This document shows positions 1 through 10,993 of a stretch of 64,000 nt of DNA, in pieces. Origin of the DNA: Thermoanaerobaculia bacterium (GTDB lineage: Bacteria; Acidobacteriota; Thermoanaerobaculia; UBA5066); the NCBI GenBank assembly GCA_963816185.1, contig CAWFJJ010000005.1:1-64000 (forward strand). Reading direction: 5' to 3'. Numbering within the stretch: the first letter of the stretch is position 1; every line of letters starts with the position of its first letter. The notes beneath the pieces were generated by a model, which was not told the origin of the DNA, did not search any database, and saw only the letters and a list, made by a program, of their open reading frames with translations. The translations under genes and the position numbers were made by a program.

Positions 1-618
1 CGTGTGATCGACAATCGCGCGCGCCGAGTTGCCGACTTTGAAGTAGCCGCCCTTGAGCCGCCCCGCGGGAAGCGAGGCGAATCCCGGAACGGTGATGAGC
101 GTCCCGGTCGCATCGATCGCACTCACGGCGCCCGAGTAGGTGAAGAGCGCGAGATCGATCCCGCATCCCACGTCTCCGAAAATGTGGTTACAGAGCCCCT
201 GATAGATCTCTTTCGGGATCTTTCGGTTGAGCAGGTACTTGTCGGACCTGCAGGTGAGCTCGCACTCGTCAGTGAACGAACCCGAATAAACCGCGCCGCC
301 GAAAAATGCGAGGACGTCGGTGTCGGCGAAGTGCCCCACGAACGCGGTGAGCTGGACCGGCGCCGGCGGGAGTCCTGGGATGAAGAGCTGCGCGAGAGGA
401 TGCGAACTCGGGAGGAAGAGTTTGATCTGCCCCGAGTCGACTTCCGCGGTCTCTTCCATCTCGTCGCGCCGGAGCGTCGTCGGGACGTAAGTCTGTCCGA
501 GGTACGCGATCGGCACGTCGGCCGAGGTGAGAAAAAAAGTTTGTCCCGTCGTCACGAAGCGAAAGATCTCCCACGGTTGACCGGACGCTTGCGACTTCTC
601 GAGTGAATCGAAACTCAT
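1..618 (-). CDS. phage tail protein, BR0599/DUF2163-like (runs off left edge)
   Basis: Not in the ORF track. Manual translation from ATG at 618 gives MSFDSLEKSQASGQPWEIFRFVTTGQTFFLTSADVPI...YQGLCNHIFGDVGCGIDL, open to the window edge. The Q-x-x-C-x-H-x-x-x-D-x-x-C pattern is typical of this family. Confidence 0.7.
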   Translation of the reverse strand, partial: MSFDSLEKSQASGQPWEIFRFVTTGQTFFLTSADVPIAYLGQTYVPTTLRRDEMEETAEVDSGQIKLFLPSSHPLAQLFIPGLPPAPVQLTAFVGHFADTDVLAFFGGAVYSGSFTDECELTCRSDKYLLNRKIPKEIYQGLCNHIFGDVGCGIDLALFTYSGAVSAIDATGTLITVPGFASLPAGRLKGGYFKVGNSARAIVDHT

Positions 619-743
619 AAAATCCCCCGCAGATGCTTCCTGGAGTTGGGGAGATTCGCTTGGGCGAGATCCCTGCTCACCCGAGCGATCTCATTTTGTG
701 TGCGCTCGCTCGCGAGGCGCGGCGAGAGCGCGCTCCGCCGTTT

Positions 744-1920
744 TTACTTCTGGCACTGCGCGACGACGAAGGCCGGGGGATATTTCAGGACAGATTCCAT
801 CATGGCGAAGGTTCGTCAATTCGATCATGCCCTGCTTCTTCAGCGTGAACGGGTCGACGACGAGCTCGAACCCGCTTCCCCACATTCCGATCACCATCGT
901 CGCCCACACTCCGAGAATCAGAGCGTGATTGTCCGACGTGCCGCCGCGGACGCCCGTCTTCGGGACCTGATTCGAGGAGCGCGCCATGTAGCCGGAGACC
1001 GTGTCGTCATCCGACCAAACGGGAAGCCCGATCATGTTCGCGAGTCGCGCCGTGAGCTTCAAATCCGCCTTGACTCCGGGAGTCGTGAGCCAGCCAGGAT
1101 CGCCGAGTTGATCCGCGTTCACGTCTTCGAGGGCCTCGATCATCTTCAAGACATCGTCGTACGCGATCACGCCGCCGTCGCCGCTATCGGCCGCGAGGAC
1201 GAACGCCTGGACGCCGGTCGTGTGCATGGTCCCGACGGGGTTCGCTCCGCCAGTCGCGCCGGTGATCGCCGCGAGATCGGCCGCGAGGGCCATGTCGCGC
1301 GCGAGGTCCTGTCGCACGAGCGTGTCGACATCGATCGCGGACTGGGCGAGCAACTGTCGGGCGTAGCTCGTCGAGGACTGGTAGGTCTTCGGCGAGCTCG
1401 GAACTTGTCCGAGCGTGAGGGTTCGAGTCGGCAACGTCGGAGCCGGGATTTTCAGCGACCCAGGATCCGGTCGCCTTTCCGGTTTGCTTTCGAAAGCAAT
1501 TGTCTGCGAAGTCCCGAGACCGTCGTCGCGCCGAGTTCCTTCACCCGCATCGTATTGAAAAGAAATTCGAGGAAATCACCAGGCGCGGTGAACTTGAGTT
1601 CGTTGCCCTTCGTCGCGGTCGCGGTGTCGAGCCCCGCGCGTTTCTGGATGCTGTTCGGGGCCTTGCCGCGCGAACTCGCCGGCTCCGATATTCCAGGGGA
1701 TGAAGACTCCGCCGTACCGCTTGCCAGTGACGGTCTTCTCGATCGACTGCGAGACCTCGAGCTCGAAGCAGTTCCGCTCCGCTCGGTCCGACCCTTCTTG
1801 GTTGTCTGCCGAGACCAGGATCGCCCGCGCGAGAGAATATTTGTGGAGCTCGCGCTCGGTCAAAGAGAAGCGCGGCCGCTGCCGCTCCATCGCTTGCGTT
1901 GGTACCGTTGCCGTTGCCAT
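744..1920 (-). pseudogene. phage major capsid protein, HK97 family (several frameshifts)
   Basis: ORFs 1576..1920 and 691..1434 join: YSLARAI..CFELEVSQ..GVFIPW..SRQ-like ARQLLAQSAIDVDTLVRQDLA..LVVDPFT. RBS GGAGG precedes the ATG at 1920; the reconstructed stop is TAA at 744-746. Confidence 0.8.
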
Positions 1921-2351
1921 AGATCCTCCGTCGCGAGGAATCCGGCTTCAGCAGTCGGCCTCGGAGTATTTTCAAACTTCGTGGAGGTCGCGGGTCTGGA
2001 TCAGATCGTCCAGCCCGAAGAGCAACGTTGAGCACTGACCCCACTCTACTCGCACCTTGCAAAAACGCCGGCACCGCGGGGAGTTACTGCCGGTGCTGAT
2101 CCCGTCTTTTTCTCGTTGCGCTGCTTCTGCTCACAGGCGAGACAGGTGGAGAGAATTGGATTCCGATGTACTAGTGCGTTGGAATCTCGCCATAGTCCCA
2201 AACCGCGAATGGTGAAGCCACTGCTGGCATACGATGCACTGACGTTCGCATGCGCGGTGCTCGTCGAGGTCGAGATCGGGAATCCCCCCGCTGGGGCTTG
2301 CTGATTTCTTTTTCTGCTGAGTCCGAAGTGTTAGGCGAACACCGGACGCTC

Positions 2352-2379
2352 TGGTCACGGTTGGTCACAGTGTGGTCAC
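2352..2379. repeat. 3x TGGTCAC direct repeats, probable integrase arm-type sites
   Basis: Copies at 2352, 2362 and 2373 (10-11 bp period), about 90 bp from the att core. Confidence 0.55.
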
Positions 2380-2464
2380 AATTCCGAGGGGCATTTTTGC
2401 CACCTCGCGCGACCGCGTTTGTTGATTGCAGAGGGGTTTACGGCGTGAAAAGCGTGGGAGTGTC

Positions 2465-2514
2465 CAGCCCTGAAAAGGCTGGCGTCGGCGGTTCAATTCC
2501 GTCCCTGGCCACCA
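2465..2514 (+). other. att site: 3' half of tRNA-Phe(GAA)
   Basis: CAGCCCTGAAAAGGCTG anticodon arm, GGCGGTTCAATTCCGTC T arm, CCTGGCCACCA end. No D arm or 5' acceptor strand upstream. Confidence 0.8.
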
Positions 2515-2973
2515 TGTTTCAATGAGTTAGGAAAAATTCTTAAACCTCCATCGACAGCCAGAAAGCCCTCTATCGTGGGGGGAAAACAACGCACTCGGCG
2601 AAGGACGCCCGAGCTTCATCTCATTGAGTGTCATCGATTTGCTGCTATGCGACGCGTCGAAGAGCGCAGCCTTTCATCGATTTTTGCGCTCTAAGCTTCT
2701 AACCACCTCAATAAATAATGGTGTATCGGGAGAAGTTAATGCCAGGGGCTTGTGCGAGTCGATTGGACAAATTTGACGCAATGCAGATGTGTTTCGCGTC
2801 TGGATCGGCGGAGAAAAAGGCCGTGTTTGAGGAACTCGTTGAGGAGAAAATCTGATTTTGACTTCCTGTTGTCGGCGGAGCGCCGCCAGGTCACGGCACT
2901 TTCAGGAAGTTTGAGGAACGGACGGGAAGCCAGAAGAATACGTAGTAATCCAAGGAAAGCGGTTTTTCAAAGC

Positions 2974-3050
2974 GGGGGCGTAAATTCAGCTGGTTAGAGC
3001 GCCGGCCGTCACGCAGGAGGCTGCGGGTTCGAGTCCCCTCGCTCTCACCA
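2974..3050 (+). tRNA. degenerate tRNA-Asp(GTC), probably a pseudogene
   Basis: GGGGGCG..AGCTGGTTAGAGC..CCGGCCGTCACGCAGG..GGGTTCGAGTCCC..ACCA. U33 is missing and the D, anticodon and T stems have mismatches. Confidence 0.7.
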
Positions 3051-3232
3051 GCTTCCTCCTGAAGCAGCTTCTGTTACCCAGAGTGGCATCGCAGTGGCTT
3101 GCTAGCGACTGGACTGGCACATGACCAAGCATCGTTCTGGCCACTTTAGCGTGCCCAGCGAGCGGCTAGCAGTGTTCGTGCTTTGCTCAAATCATTCGCC
3201 TCGCGGTATCCTCAACCACCAATGGAGGATCT

Positions 3233-4300
3233 ATGCTTAGGTTTGTCGCTCGCACGTTTGCTTTATCCGGGATCTTTCTTTTAGTCCCACCGTTCGTCCA
3301 GGCACAGGCTCTATCTTTTTCTGTCGGCACTGCGACTGCCGCTCCGGGCCAAAAATCAACGGGCTATTTGGAAGTCCCCGCGGGTGTCGATGCCGCTACC
3401 AATATTCCCGTCATCATCATCAACGGCGAAAAACGCGGTCCGGTCCTAGCCCTTGTCTCTGGCGCCCACGGTACTGAATACACCTCCATCATCGCGATTG
3501 AAAAACTTATCAACCTACTTGATCCCTCTCAAATCGCCGGCACCGTTATCCTTGTGCCGCTCGTCAACGTTCAATCCTTCGAACAAAAGGTCCCTCATGT
3601 TAACCCCATCGATAACAAGAGCATGAACCGCTTCTACCCTGGGAAAGCCGATGGGACGCAAACTGAACGTGCTTCCTCTCTTATCACCAAACAAGTCGTC
3701 GATCGGTGTGATTATCTTATCGACTACCACGGCGGCGATCTCGACGAGAGCCTACGCCCTTACGCGTACTGGGCACCTACTGGCAAGGAAGCCCAAGACC
3801 GTATATCCAAAGAGATGGTTCTTGCTTTTGGACTCGACCACATCATCATATGGCGCGACCGTCCCACCGACCTCGGCGCCACTCACTATCTCGACAACAC
3901 CTCTACGGCTCGCGGCAAACCTTCCATCGTCGTCGAAGCTGGCTATGCCGGCATCGTCGAAGCGGATGACGTCACCCTCCTGGTCGACGGAACAATGAGC
4001 ACCATGCGCGCTCTCAAAATGCTTTCAGGAAACCCTCGGCGCATCGAGAATCCCGTCTGGCTCGACAAAGTCGTGGATGTCTTGTCGGATGGTCCCGGCA
4101 TTTGGTACCCGCTTGTGAAGCGTGGTACCTATGTTCAAGAGGGCATGAAAATCGGCTTTGTCACCGACTATTTCGGCAGAGTCATACTCGAGGCCCGCGC
4201 TCCCGTGTCTGGTGTCATCTTACACATCAACGCGGTCCCATCTCTCAAGAAAGGCGACAACATTGCAGACATCGGCACCATTGCTGCCCACGCGCCCTAG
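3233..4300 (+). CDS. succinylglutamate desuccinylase/aspartoacylase family (M14-like) metallohydrolase, secreted
   Basis: Signal peptide; GAHGTE, MNRFYPG and IDYHGG motifs; RBS GGAGG. Confidence 0.85.
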   Translation: MLRFVARTFALSGIFLLVPPFVQAQALSFSVGTATAAPGQKSTGYLEVPAGVDAATNIPVIIINGEKRGPVLALVSGAHGTEYTSIIAIEKLINLLDPSQIAGTVILVPLVNVQSFEQKVPHVNPIDNKSMNRFYPGKADGTQTERASSLITKQVVDRCDYLIDYHGGDLDESLRPYAYWAPTGKEAQDRISKEMVLAFGLDHIIIWRDRPTDLGATHYLDNTSTARGKPSIVVEAGYAGIVEADDVTLLVDGTMSTMRALKMLSGNPRRIENPVWLDKVVDVLSDGPGIWYPLVKRGTYVQEGMKIGFVTDYFGRVILEARAPVSGVILHINAVPSLKKGDNIADIGTIAAHAP

Positions 4301-4752
4301 ATCCAGTCTGATTTCGGAAATATATGCAGCCCGTTCTGCGGGCGTGAGTTTTCCAGGAGGATAAGCACCGCAAGCCATAATGCTTCCCCACGCTCGGCAC
4401 CTAATCCAGGATCGGTGCTGGTGTCGACCTGATCGAGACACCAAGTCTCGCTGCAGGTTTCGTGTCGCGAGCGAGCCGACTGGGCGACATTGATACACAG
4501 TCGTGTGGTGGTCGTCGCCAGGAATGCATATGGGTTCTCAACCACTCTCCGATTCGTAGACTGCCACAGCAACCAGACGTCTTGCACGATATCCTCGGCA
4601 TCCGCCGCATTTCTGAGCATGCGGTATGCGATGCCGAACAGACGCGAACGGATGGCTGCAAAGGCGGGAAGGCCATCGGCATGCGTCACGGCCTGTGTTT
4701 CAAAGGGAAAGGACGAAGCCGTTTGGGGAAGGCATTCTCCTGCGGTTGCCAT
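4297..4752 (-). pseudogene. truncated ECF sigma factor (SigJ/ECF41-like)
   Basis: RLFGIAYRML..DAEDIVQDVW region 2. Frameshifted KLTPAERAAYI, then cut off at the convergent gene. Confidence 0.7.
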
Positions 4753-4919
4753 TGTACTTATCCTTCTGGCCAGTTTGTTGGTTTGACAGTTTGACGCATT
4801 CGGCTTCAAAAACTGTTCACGATTTCGGACAGAAACGGTCTTACCTCTCTCGCTCCAATTCGTCGATCGCTTTTGATCTGGGTTGCTCGGGTGACAACAA
4901 CAGGGGCGGACTGCTGCAG

Positions 4920-5600
4920 TCACGCCAAGTGAATTGTCTGACGCGCGGGCCGGAGACTGGCAGCCATCCTGACCAAGTCGGCAAGGGAATTCGCCTTCAT
5001 TTTTCGCATGACCTGCCCGCGGTGCGCCTTTACGGTGATTTCGCTGATGCCCAACTCTGCGCCAACCTGCTTGTTTAACAGGCCGGAGACTACCAGTGCC
5101 ATAACTTGCCGTTCTCGATGAGTGAGTGAGAGGTAGCAGTTTCGAAGGGATCCCAACTCGACTTCGTGATCCAGGGCGACGCGGCTTCTGTCGAGACCTT
5201 CGCGGATTGCTCGCAGCAATACATCGTTGCCGAATGGTTTTACAAGGAAATCAACTGCCCCCGCCTTCATTGCCCTTACCGTAGTCGGAATATCTCCGCA
5301 AGCGGAAATAAAGATGATCGGCATCTCGGCGCGCTCTTGCGCGATTATCTTTTGCAGTTCGAGTCCATTCAGGTCCGGAAGTGCGAGATCGAGGATGAGG
5401 CAGCTCGGGGCGAGGGGTCGCGGTCGAGTGAGAAATTCTCGAGCCGACTGGAATGTCTCCGGTTGCCAACCCTCGCACCGAATCAATAGTTCGAGCGATT
5501 CCCGAACGGAGATGTCATCGTCAACGACGAAAATAACAGGCGATACGCTTGGAATAGAGGGATACACCATCCCATGATTGAATGTTTGCGCCAGATTCAT
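4920..5600 (-). CDS. FixJ/NodW-type response regulator
   Basis: VVDDD receiver, KAGAVDFLVKP, LuxR HTH LTHRERQV..LLNKQVG. Confidence 0.9.
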   Translation of the reverse strand: MNLAQTFNHGMVYPSIPSVSPVIFVVDDDISVRESLELLIRCEGWQPETFQSAREFLTRPRPLAPSCLILDLALPDLNGLELQKIIAQERAEMPIIFISACGDIPTTVRAMKAGAVDFLVKPFGNDVLLRAIREGLDRSRVALDHEVELGSLRNCYLSLTHRERQVMALVVSGLLNKQVGAELGISEITVKAHRGQVMRKMKANSLADLVRMAASLRPARQTIHLA

Positions 5601-5746
5601 ATCCTGCCTCCCTTGCATTTGCTTGTTCTAGGACGCAGTCTCGATCAACTCCCTGTGAGTCCACAACCCCAAATGCTCCAGTCGCAGACTCAATAAATGG
5701 TCCGCCATGGGAATCCGCCTTTCGGCGGAGAAAGCGGAGATTTGTT

Positions 5747-6112
5747 TCAGGTTGTAATGTGTTTTCGTCCGAAAAGACGGGCATCAATGGACCATGCTCC
5801 CGGTCCGATCATTGCGATGGTGGCACCGAGAATGGCAAGGACGATTGGAATCCATGGATCACTGCCGCTGACGAATGCGATCCACAGTTCCACCGCCACG
5901 ATCAAGCTTCCTACGACCGGGGTCCACAACCCAACAAGGAGAAGTATCCCGGCGCAGGCGGCAATCAACTGGGGAATCATCGATGGGGAAAAGGGTTTGC
6001 CCGCAGGCTCGATGATGCCGAAGCGAACGAGCAGAATCGCTGTCAGCATGCGTTGAAGGAGAAGACCTGCACCTGGCCAGCCGTTGGCGAATGTCGAAAA
6101 CAGTCGTTGCAA
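5747..6112 (-). CDS. small DoxX-like membrane protein
   Basis: Hydrophobic helices with a GPGAWSID motif; probable TTG start. Confidence 0.65.
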   Translation of the reverse strand: MQRLFSTFANGWPGAGLLLQRMLTAILLVRFGIIEPAGKPFSPSMIPQLIAACAGILLLVGLWTPVVGSLIVAVELWIAFVSGSDPWIPIVLAILGATIAMIGPGAWSIDARLFGRKHITT

Positions 6113-6157
6113 AAACTTTCTCCTGTGAAATCGTAAGAGAATTGCAACGAAATCGAA

Positions 6158-6198
6158 ACCCTTCAAAGTTGGAGGCGGCGATCCTACTTTTGGGGGAG
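6158..6198. promoter_or_regulatory. possible NarL-type regulator boxes
   Basis: Two imperfect palindromes, CCCTTCAAAGTTGGAGG and TCCTACTTTTGGGGGA, just downstream of the NarL-type gene. Confidence 0.3.
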
Positions 6199-6199
6199 A

Positions 6200-6832
6200 T
6201 CACAGATCAATGATGCCGCGCTTCAGTCCGATGGTCACGGCGTGGGATCGATCGTTGGCGCCAAGTTTGGACAATATATTTGAAACGTGGCTCTTGACGG
6301 TCGCTTCGCCGATCGAGAGTTGATCGGCAATCTGCTTATTTGCGTTGCCGGCAGCAACCAATTTCAATACGTCAATTTCGCGTTCTGTCAGCGCGTCATC
6401 GGTTGCATGTTCTGCCAGTTGCGCGGCAATCTCTGGTGGAATTCGTTTTTGTCCCGCGTGAACGGCACGGATCGCATCGAGCAGTTCCTTGTGCACGTGG
6501 CCCTTAAGTATGTAACCTCTGGCTCCCGCTTTAAGAGCCCGAAGGACTTGCGTGTCGCCACTATATGTTGTCAAAACGATGATCCGGGCGTCGGGAAATT
6601 CTCTGCGAATGCGATCGATCGCATCGATTCCATCCACTTCGGGCATCTGCAGATCCATCAACGTAACATCCGGCCGGTGAGATCGGAACGCGTCGATGGC
6701 CTCTTTGCCATTCGACGCCTCTGCGACCAACTTCAAGTCAGGTTCACCGTTGACTAAAGCAGCGATGCCTTTCCGCAACAGAGGATGATCATCGACGGTC
6801 AAGATGCGAATCAGGTTAGGAGGGTTCTGCAC
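6200..6832 (-). CDS. NarL/LuxR-family response regulator
   Basis: VDDHPLLR receiver and LTEREIDVL..TVKSHVSNILSKL HTH. Confidence 0.92.
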   Translation of the reverse strand: MQNPPNLIRILTVDDHPLLRKGIAALVNGEPDLKLVAEASNGKEAIDAFRSHRPDVTLMDLQMPEVDGIDAIDRIRREFPDARIIVLTTYSGDTQVLRALKAGARGYILKGHVHKELLDAIRAVHAGQKRIPPEIAAQLAEHATDDALTEREIDVLKLVAAGNANKQIADQLSIGEATVKSHVSNILSKLGANDRSHAVTIGLKRGIIDL

Positions 6833-9800
6833 GATTTCTTACCTTACGAAGCAATCTAGCCACTATACCTTCGCGTGAAGCCTCATAGGCGACGGCGGCG
6901 GGAACGGTGAGCTGAACCTCAGTGCCGGCACCAGATTCACTCCAAAAATCCACTTGCGATCCAATCCGCTCGGCGCGTTCACGGATACCCCGCAAACCCC
7001 AATGCCCGGGACGCCCGCCTTCCTTCAGCACCTTAGGATCTATACCTCTACCATTGTCACGGATTCGAAGACGGAGTATCTGCTTATCGTGCCGGATCTC
7101 CGCTTCAATCCGAGTGGCGTTTGAGTGTCGAAACGCATTTCTCAAGATTTCAAAAGCAACTCGACAGATCTCGTCTTTAGATCGCGGCAGACAGGGGTCG
7201 GCGTTCGCCTTCCTCGATCAAATCGAAAATTGGTGTCTTCCCATCCGCAGATGCTGTCAATTCCTGCATCGTGATTTTCAGCAACTCGACAAGATTGTCC
7301 TGCGCGATTGCCCCGGACCGTAAACCTTGAATCGCATCCCGACTCTCCGCGAGCGCTTTTTCAGTCTCTTCGATCGCATCGTCCAGAGATCGCGTTGCCT
7401 CATCAGGGCGTCGAGGCAGCAGGTTGCGAACTGCTTGAAACTGAAACATGAGGCCGTGAAGAGTTTGCAGCAGCGTATCGTGTAGATCTCGCGCGATTCG
7501 AGTTCTTTCGTTGACGCGGGCTTCCAGTCCAATGTTGAATTGCCGATGCAATTGTTGAACCCGTAGTTGATATACAGCTAGCGCGATAAGGACAAGGATC
7601 CCGACGCCCGCTGCCTGGAACCAGCGTGTTTGGAGTATAGAGGGCTCCACTTCAAACGCAATTGCAGCTCCACTGGAGTTCCACACACCATCTGGATTGC
7701 TCGCGGCGACCTGAAATTCAAACCGTCCGGGCGCAATGTTCGTAAAGTCAACCTCGCGCAAGGGGGTGGGCTCGCTCCACGAGGAATCGACATCAGCCAA
7801 TCTGTAGTGGTATCTCACTCCCTCGGGGTTTGAGACGTTAATGCCGGCATATTGGAAGGTCAAGCGGTGTCGGCCGGACGATATATGGATATGGTCGACG
7901 GGTGCGATGTATTTCCCGTCCACAAGCATTCCTTCGATTCGCATCGTGACGGGGAACGCTGGATCAGCAAACGCCGAAGCTGGTAAAAATGAAATTCCCT
8001 GTTTCAGAGAGAACCAGATGTTCCCACGACTATCCAACTCGACCGATCGACTACGCTTGACGCCCTCCACGCTCGGTAGGCCATCGGTGACGCCGAATTC
8101 ACGGTAGTCCCCGTCGGTGTACGCCTGTTTCAGCACAGCCGAAGATCTCACTCTCAGAATGTGATCCGAGGTGGCGATCCAGAGCCATCCATTTTTCTCC
8201 GCGATCCCGAGAATATCGCCATAGAGCGCGGTTGGCGCCCCTAACGGAACGTGCACGACGCCGGATCGCAAGAACGCAATTCCTTTTGATGTGCCGACCC
8301 ATAACGTATCGTCGCCATCCAGGAAGAGACTCTCTATCGCACCGGGCGGCAAACCATCGTGCGTGTTGTAGCGGGTCCACCTGTCATTCTTTGAACTCGG
8401 CGAGGCCGTCTGGCGTGCCGACAAAGATCAGCCCGGATTCATTCCCGGTGATTACCGAGATTCTGTTGGAGGGCAGCCCGTCTTTTGTAGTGAAGGTATG
8501 CCACTTGCCATTGCGTAAGCGGCGGAGCCCCTGGTGAAGTGTTCCGGCCCACACCGTGCCATTCGGTTCGCGATACACAGAGTAAACGGCATCCTGGATA
8601 GACTCAATTTGTTGCGTCGGCAATCGCACGGCGTCGCCCTCCACAATCAGCCGTGCGATGCCGCCATTTCTTCGCGCGACCCAAACTTCACCGGCCGCTC
8701 CGGCAATCGAATAGACTATGTCATTCTTCAGCCCCGCAATTTCAATCGACTGAACTCTGCCGTGCGAGATGTGAAATAGTCCACCATCTGGCGGAGCAAA
8801 CCACACATTCTGATCGGAGTCGGCGTAAACCGCACCACAATTACTGCACGGCAGACCGCCCGAGCTACGATAGGTGATGAAAGCACTGTCCTGGTAGCGC
8901 TCAATCGTCTCTGGTTCGCCAATCCAAAGATTACCGTCGCGATCCTCAAATAATGCGGTGACCGCGCGGTTGCCGTTGACCATCAACTGCTCGAGTGAAC
9001 GGATCTTGCCCCTGGCGTCGAAGTCTTTTGGGTCGACTTTAAAAACATGGCCTTCCGTGCCGATCCATATCCGACCCTTGAATCCGCTAGCCAGTGCCAG
9101 AATTTCATCATGTCCAGGCGTGGGACTAACTTCGCTAAATGAGTTGTTACCGTGGGAGATGAACAAGCCCTGCTTGGTTCCGACTAGCAGGGTTGTATTG
9201 GCGAGTGGGAGCAGGCAGTTGATCCTCTTGTTCTTTAGACTGGGTACCTGCAGCAGGGACGCTTCGCCTTTTTCAGGTCTGAACTGAAACAAACCCTTCT
9301 CTGCAGTGCCGATCCAGATTGTTCCGTCCGCAGTTTGCGTCACCGCTGTCGGCGGTCCTGGCACGGCGCGAGCTTCCAAGAGGACTTGACGTTGACCATG
9401 CTTGTATTCCACTATGCCCTGCAATTCAGATACAAACAATAACCAGCCGTCGAAGGTCTTGCTCACTGCACTGACTGCATAGGCATGTCTGCCGTTATCA
9501 GGGACCGGGCCTTTCAGCAGGCCTGCCTCGTAATTGAATAGGCGCGTGAAGTCGTCTGAGGCCCACAATTGGCCACTGGCGTCTACCAATACGTTTGGGA
9601 CGAACCCGAACGAGAGATCGTTGGAGTTCGCTTTACGAATGAATTCAAAGTTCAAGCCATCGTACCTAATGAGCCCATTGCTAGTTCCGAACCAGAGATA
9701 GCCATCCGCCGTCTGGGTCATGGAATAGACGTGGCCACCGGAAAAACCAGATGCATGGTCCCAGGTGTTGTGGCTGCGACTGGCCGAAATCGAGTTGTCG

Positions 9801-9862
9801 ACGGCACTCAACGATGCGCTGGCCGACAGAAGAAATAGGATGAGGCCTGGAAGCGTTTTCAT
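6816..9862 (-). CDS. sensor histidine kinase: beta-propeller repeats + Y_Y_Y + HisKA_3/HATPase (two frameshifts)
   Basis: Three ORFs (8384..9862, 7177..8424, 6816..7145) join: DGYLWFGT repeats, ERTRIARDLHDTLLQ, NAFRHS..DNGRG..GLRGIRERA. Confidence 0.85.
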
Positions 9863-9883
9863 GCCTATGGGAGCTCAGGTCAA

Positions 9884-10993
9884 CTAGGGCAAGAATTCAA
9901 AGTGATCCACGACAACCTCAGCACGATGTTGAATCGTCGGCAATTTACGATTCGGGTCGGAGTAGGCGAAAAGGGCCATCCGCACAGATTCATCCACCGG
10001 TCTGGGAACCTCGTCCGTAAAGACATGCCTGGAAATGAGGCGGGTTTCCTTCCCCGACAGTTGCTCGGTGAGCATGGTGACCCGTCCCTCTTCCCAGACG
10101 ATTGTGTGTCGCAGTTTGCCGCCCGGTGCCTTGAATCGCGACATGTTCAGCGGTAGAAAAGCCGGTTGGACTACATACTGCGCATTCTCGTTTACGTTCT
10201 GCGGGTCACCCCAACGACTGATATTGATATCGAACTCACCGTGACTTCCCTGATTTGACGAATGATCCCAGGTGAAGATTTCGAAAAAGGCTGCCGGGTC
10301 CAAATTCGAAGTATCTTCCACCGTGAACAGATAGGTGCCGTAACCCAAGCTACGCGTCACATTAACCTCGGAACAGGTCCATTGGTTGTTGCGGTTGACA
10401 ATCTGTAGATGAAGCGCTCCGGATTGATCGACATAAACGTTGTTGTGATCGTAAGGGTTCCTTGTTCCTCCTCGGTCGCTGGATACTTTTCGAACCCGCC
10501 ACTGGAATCCGCTGAAATTTACAAAAAAGGACGAGGATCGTTCCTGCCCGGGGCTGGCGGCGACCCTCTCTATCCCGTGCCCAACCTTCGGCAACTCGGT
10601 CAGTACTGCCGCTGGATGGTAGCTCGAATCCACCAGTAAAGCGGCGTAGTCGGTGGCAAGGTGCACCTCGTTTCGCCAGACACCGTCTGGCAAAATTGGT
10701 GTGAAAGGAGAATTCAATCGCGGTTGCAGCCACCACAAGCCTCCGGTCTTGGAATAAACGACCATATTCTGGCCCGGACGTGACCCACTCACGGTGCCCT
10801 CAATCACATCTTCCTGATTCAGATCCCCGAGATCCCATTGCGGCACTTGGGTAAACAAAATTGTCGATTCGATGGAGGGTTGCGCTGCCTTATGACAAGC
10901 CGTCAGCAACAATAACAATCCCGCGATCGTCAGAATCGCATTGGGACGCAGTCCTGTACCGTGCTCGAATTCACCCCAGACATTGTGGAGCAA
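9884..10993 (-). CDS. lipoprotein with a GH16/ConA-like C-terminal domain
   Basis: Lipobox LLTAC; LGYGTY..GEFDINISRWG. Confidence 0.6.
   Translation of the reverse strand: MLHNVWGEFEHGTGLRPNAILTIAGLLLLLTACHKAAQPSIESTILFTQVPQWDLGDLNQEDVIEGTVSGSRPGQNMVVYSKTGGLWWLQPRLNSPFTPILPDGVWRNEVHLATDYAALLVDSSYHPAAVLTELPKVGHGIERVAASPGQERSSSFFVNFSGFQWRVRKVSSDRGGTRNPYDHNNVYVDQSGALHLQIVNRNNQWTCSEVNVTRSLGYGTYLFTVEDTSNLDPAAFFEIFTWDHSSNQGSHGEFDINISRWGDPQNVNENAQYVVQPAFLPLNMSRFKAPGGKLRHTIVWEEGRVTMLTEQLSGKETRLISRHVFTDEVPRPVDESVRMALFAYSDPNRKLPTIQHRAEVVVDHFEFLP

Larger units (their letters stand above)
1..2514. mobile_element. right end of a decayed prophage integrated at tRNA-Phe
   Basis: Capsid and tail genes bounded by a duplicated tRNA 3' half. 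Confidence 0.65.

Noticed and set aside
744-1920. Encapsulin shell protein
   Set aside because: The motifs and the neighbouring tail gene and att site fit a phage major capsid; no cargo gene is adjacent.
2066-2115. GCACCG/CGGTGC hairpin upstream of the capsid as a structured RNA
   Set aside because: Short stem with no recognisable family features; could be a weak terminator or chance.
2465-2514. Functional tRNA-Phe
   Set aside because: The 5' acceptor strand and D arm are absent.
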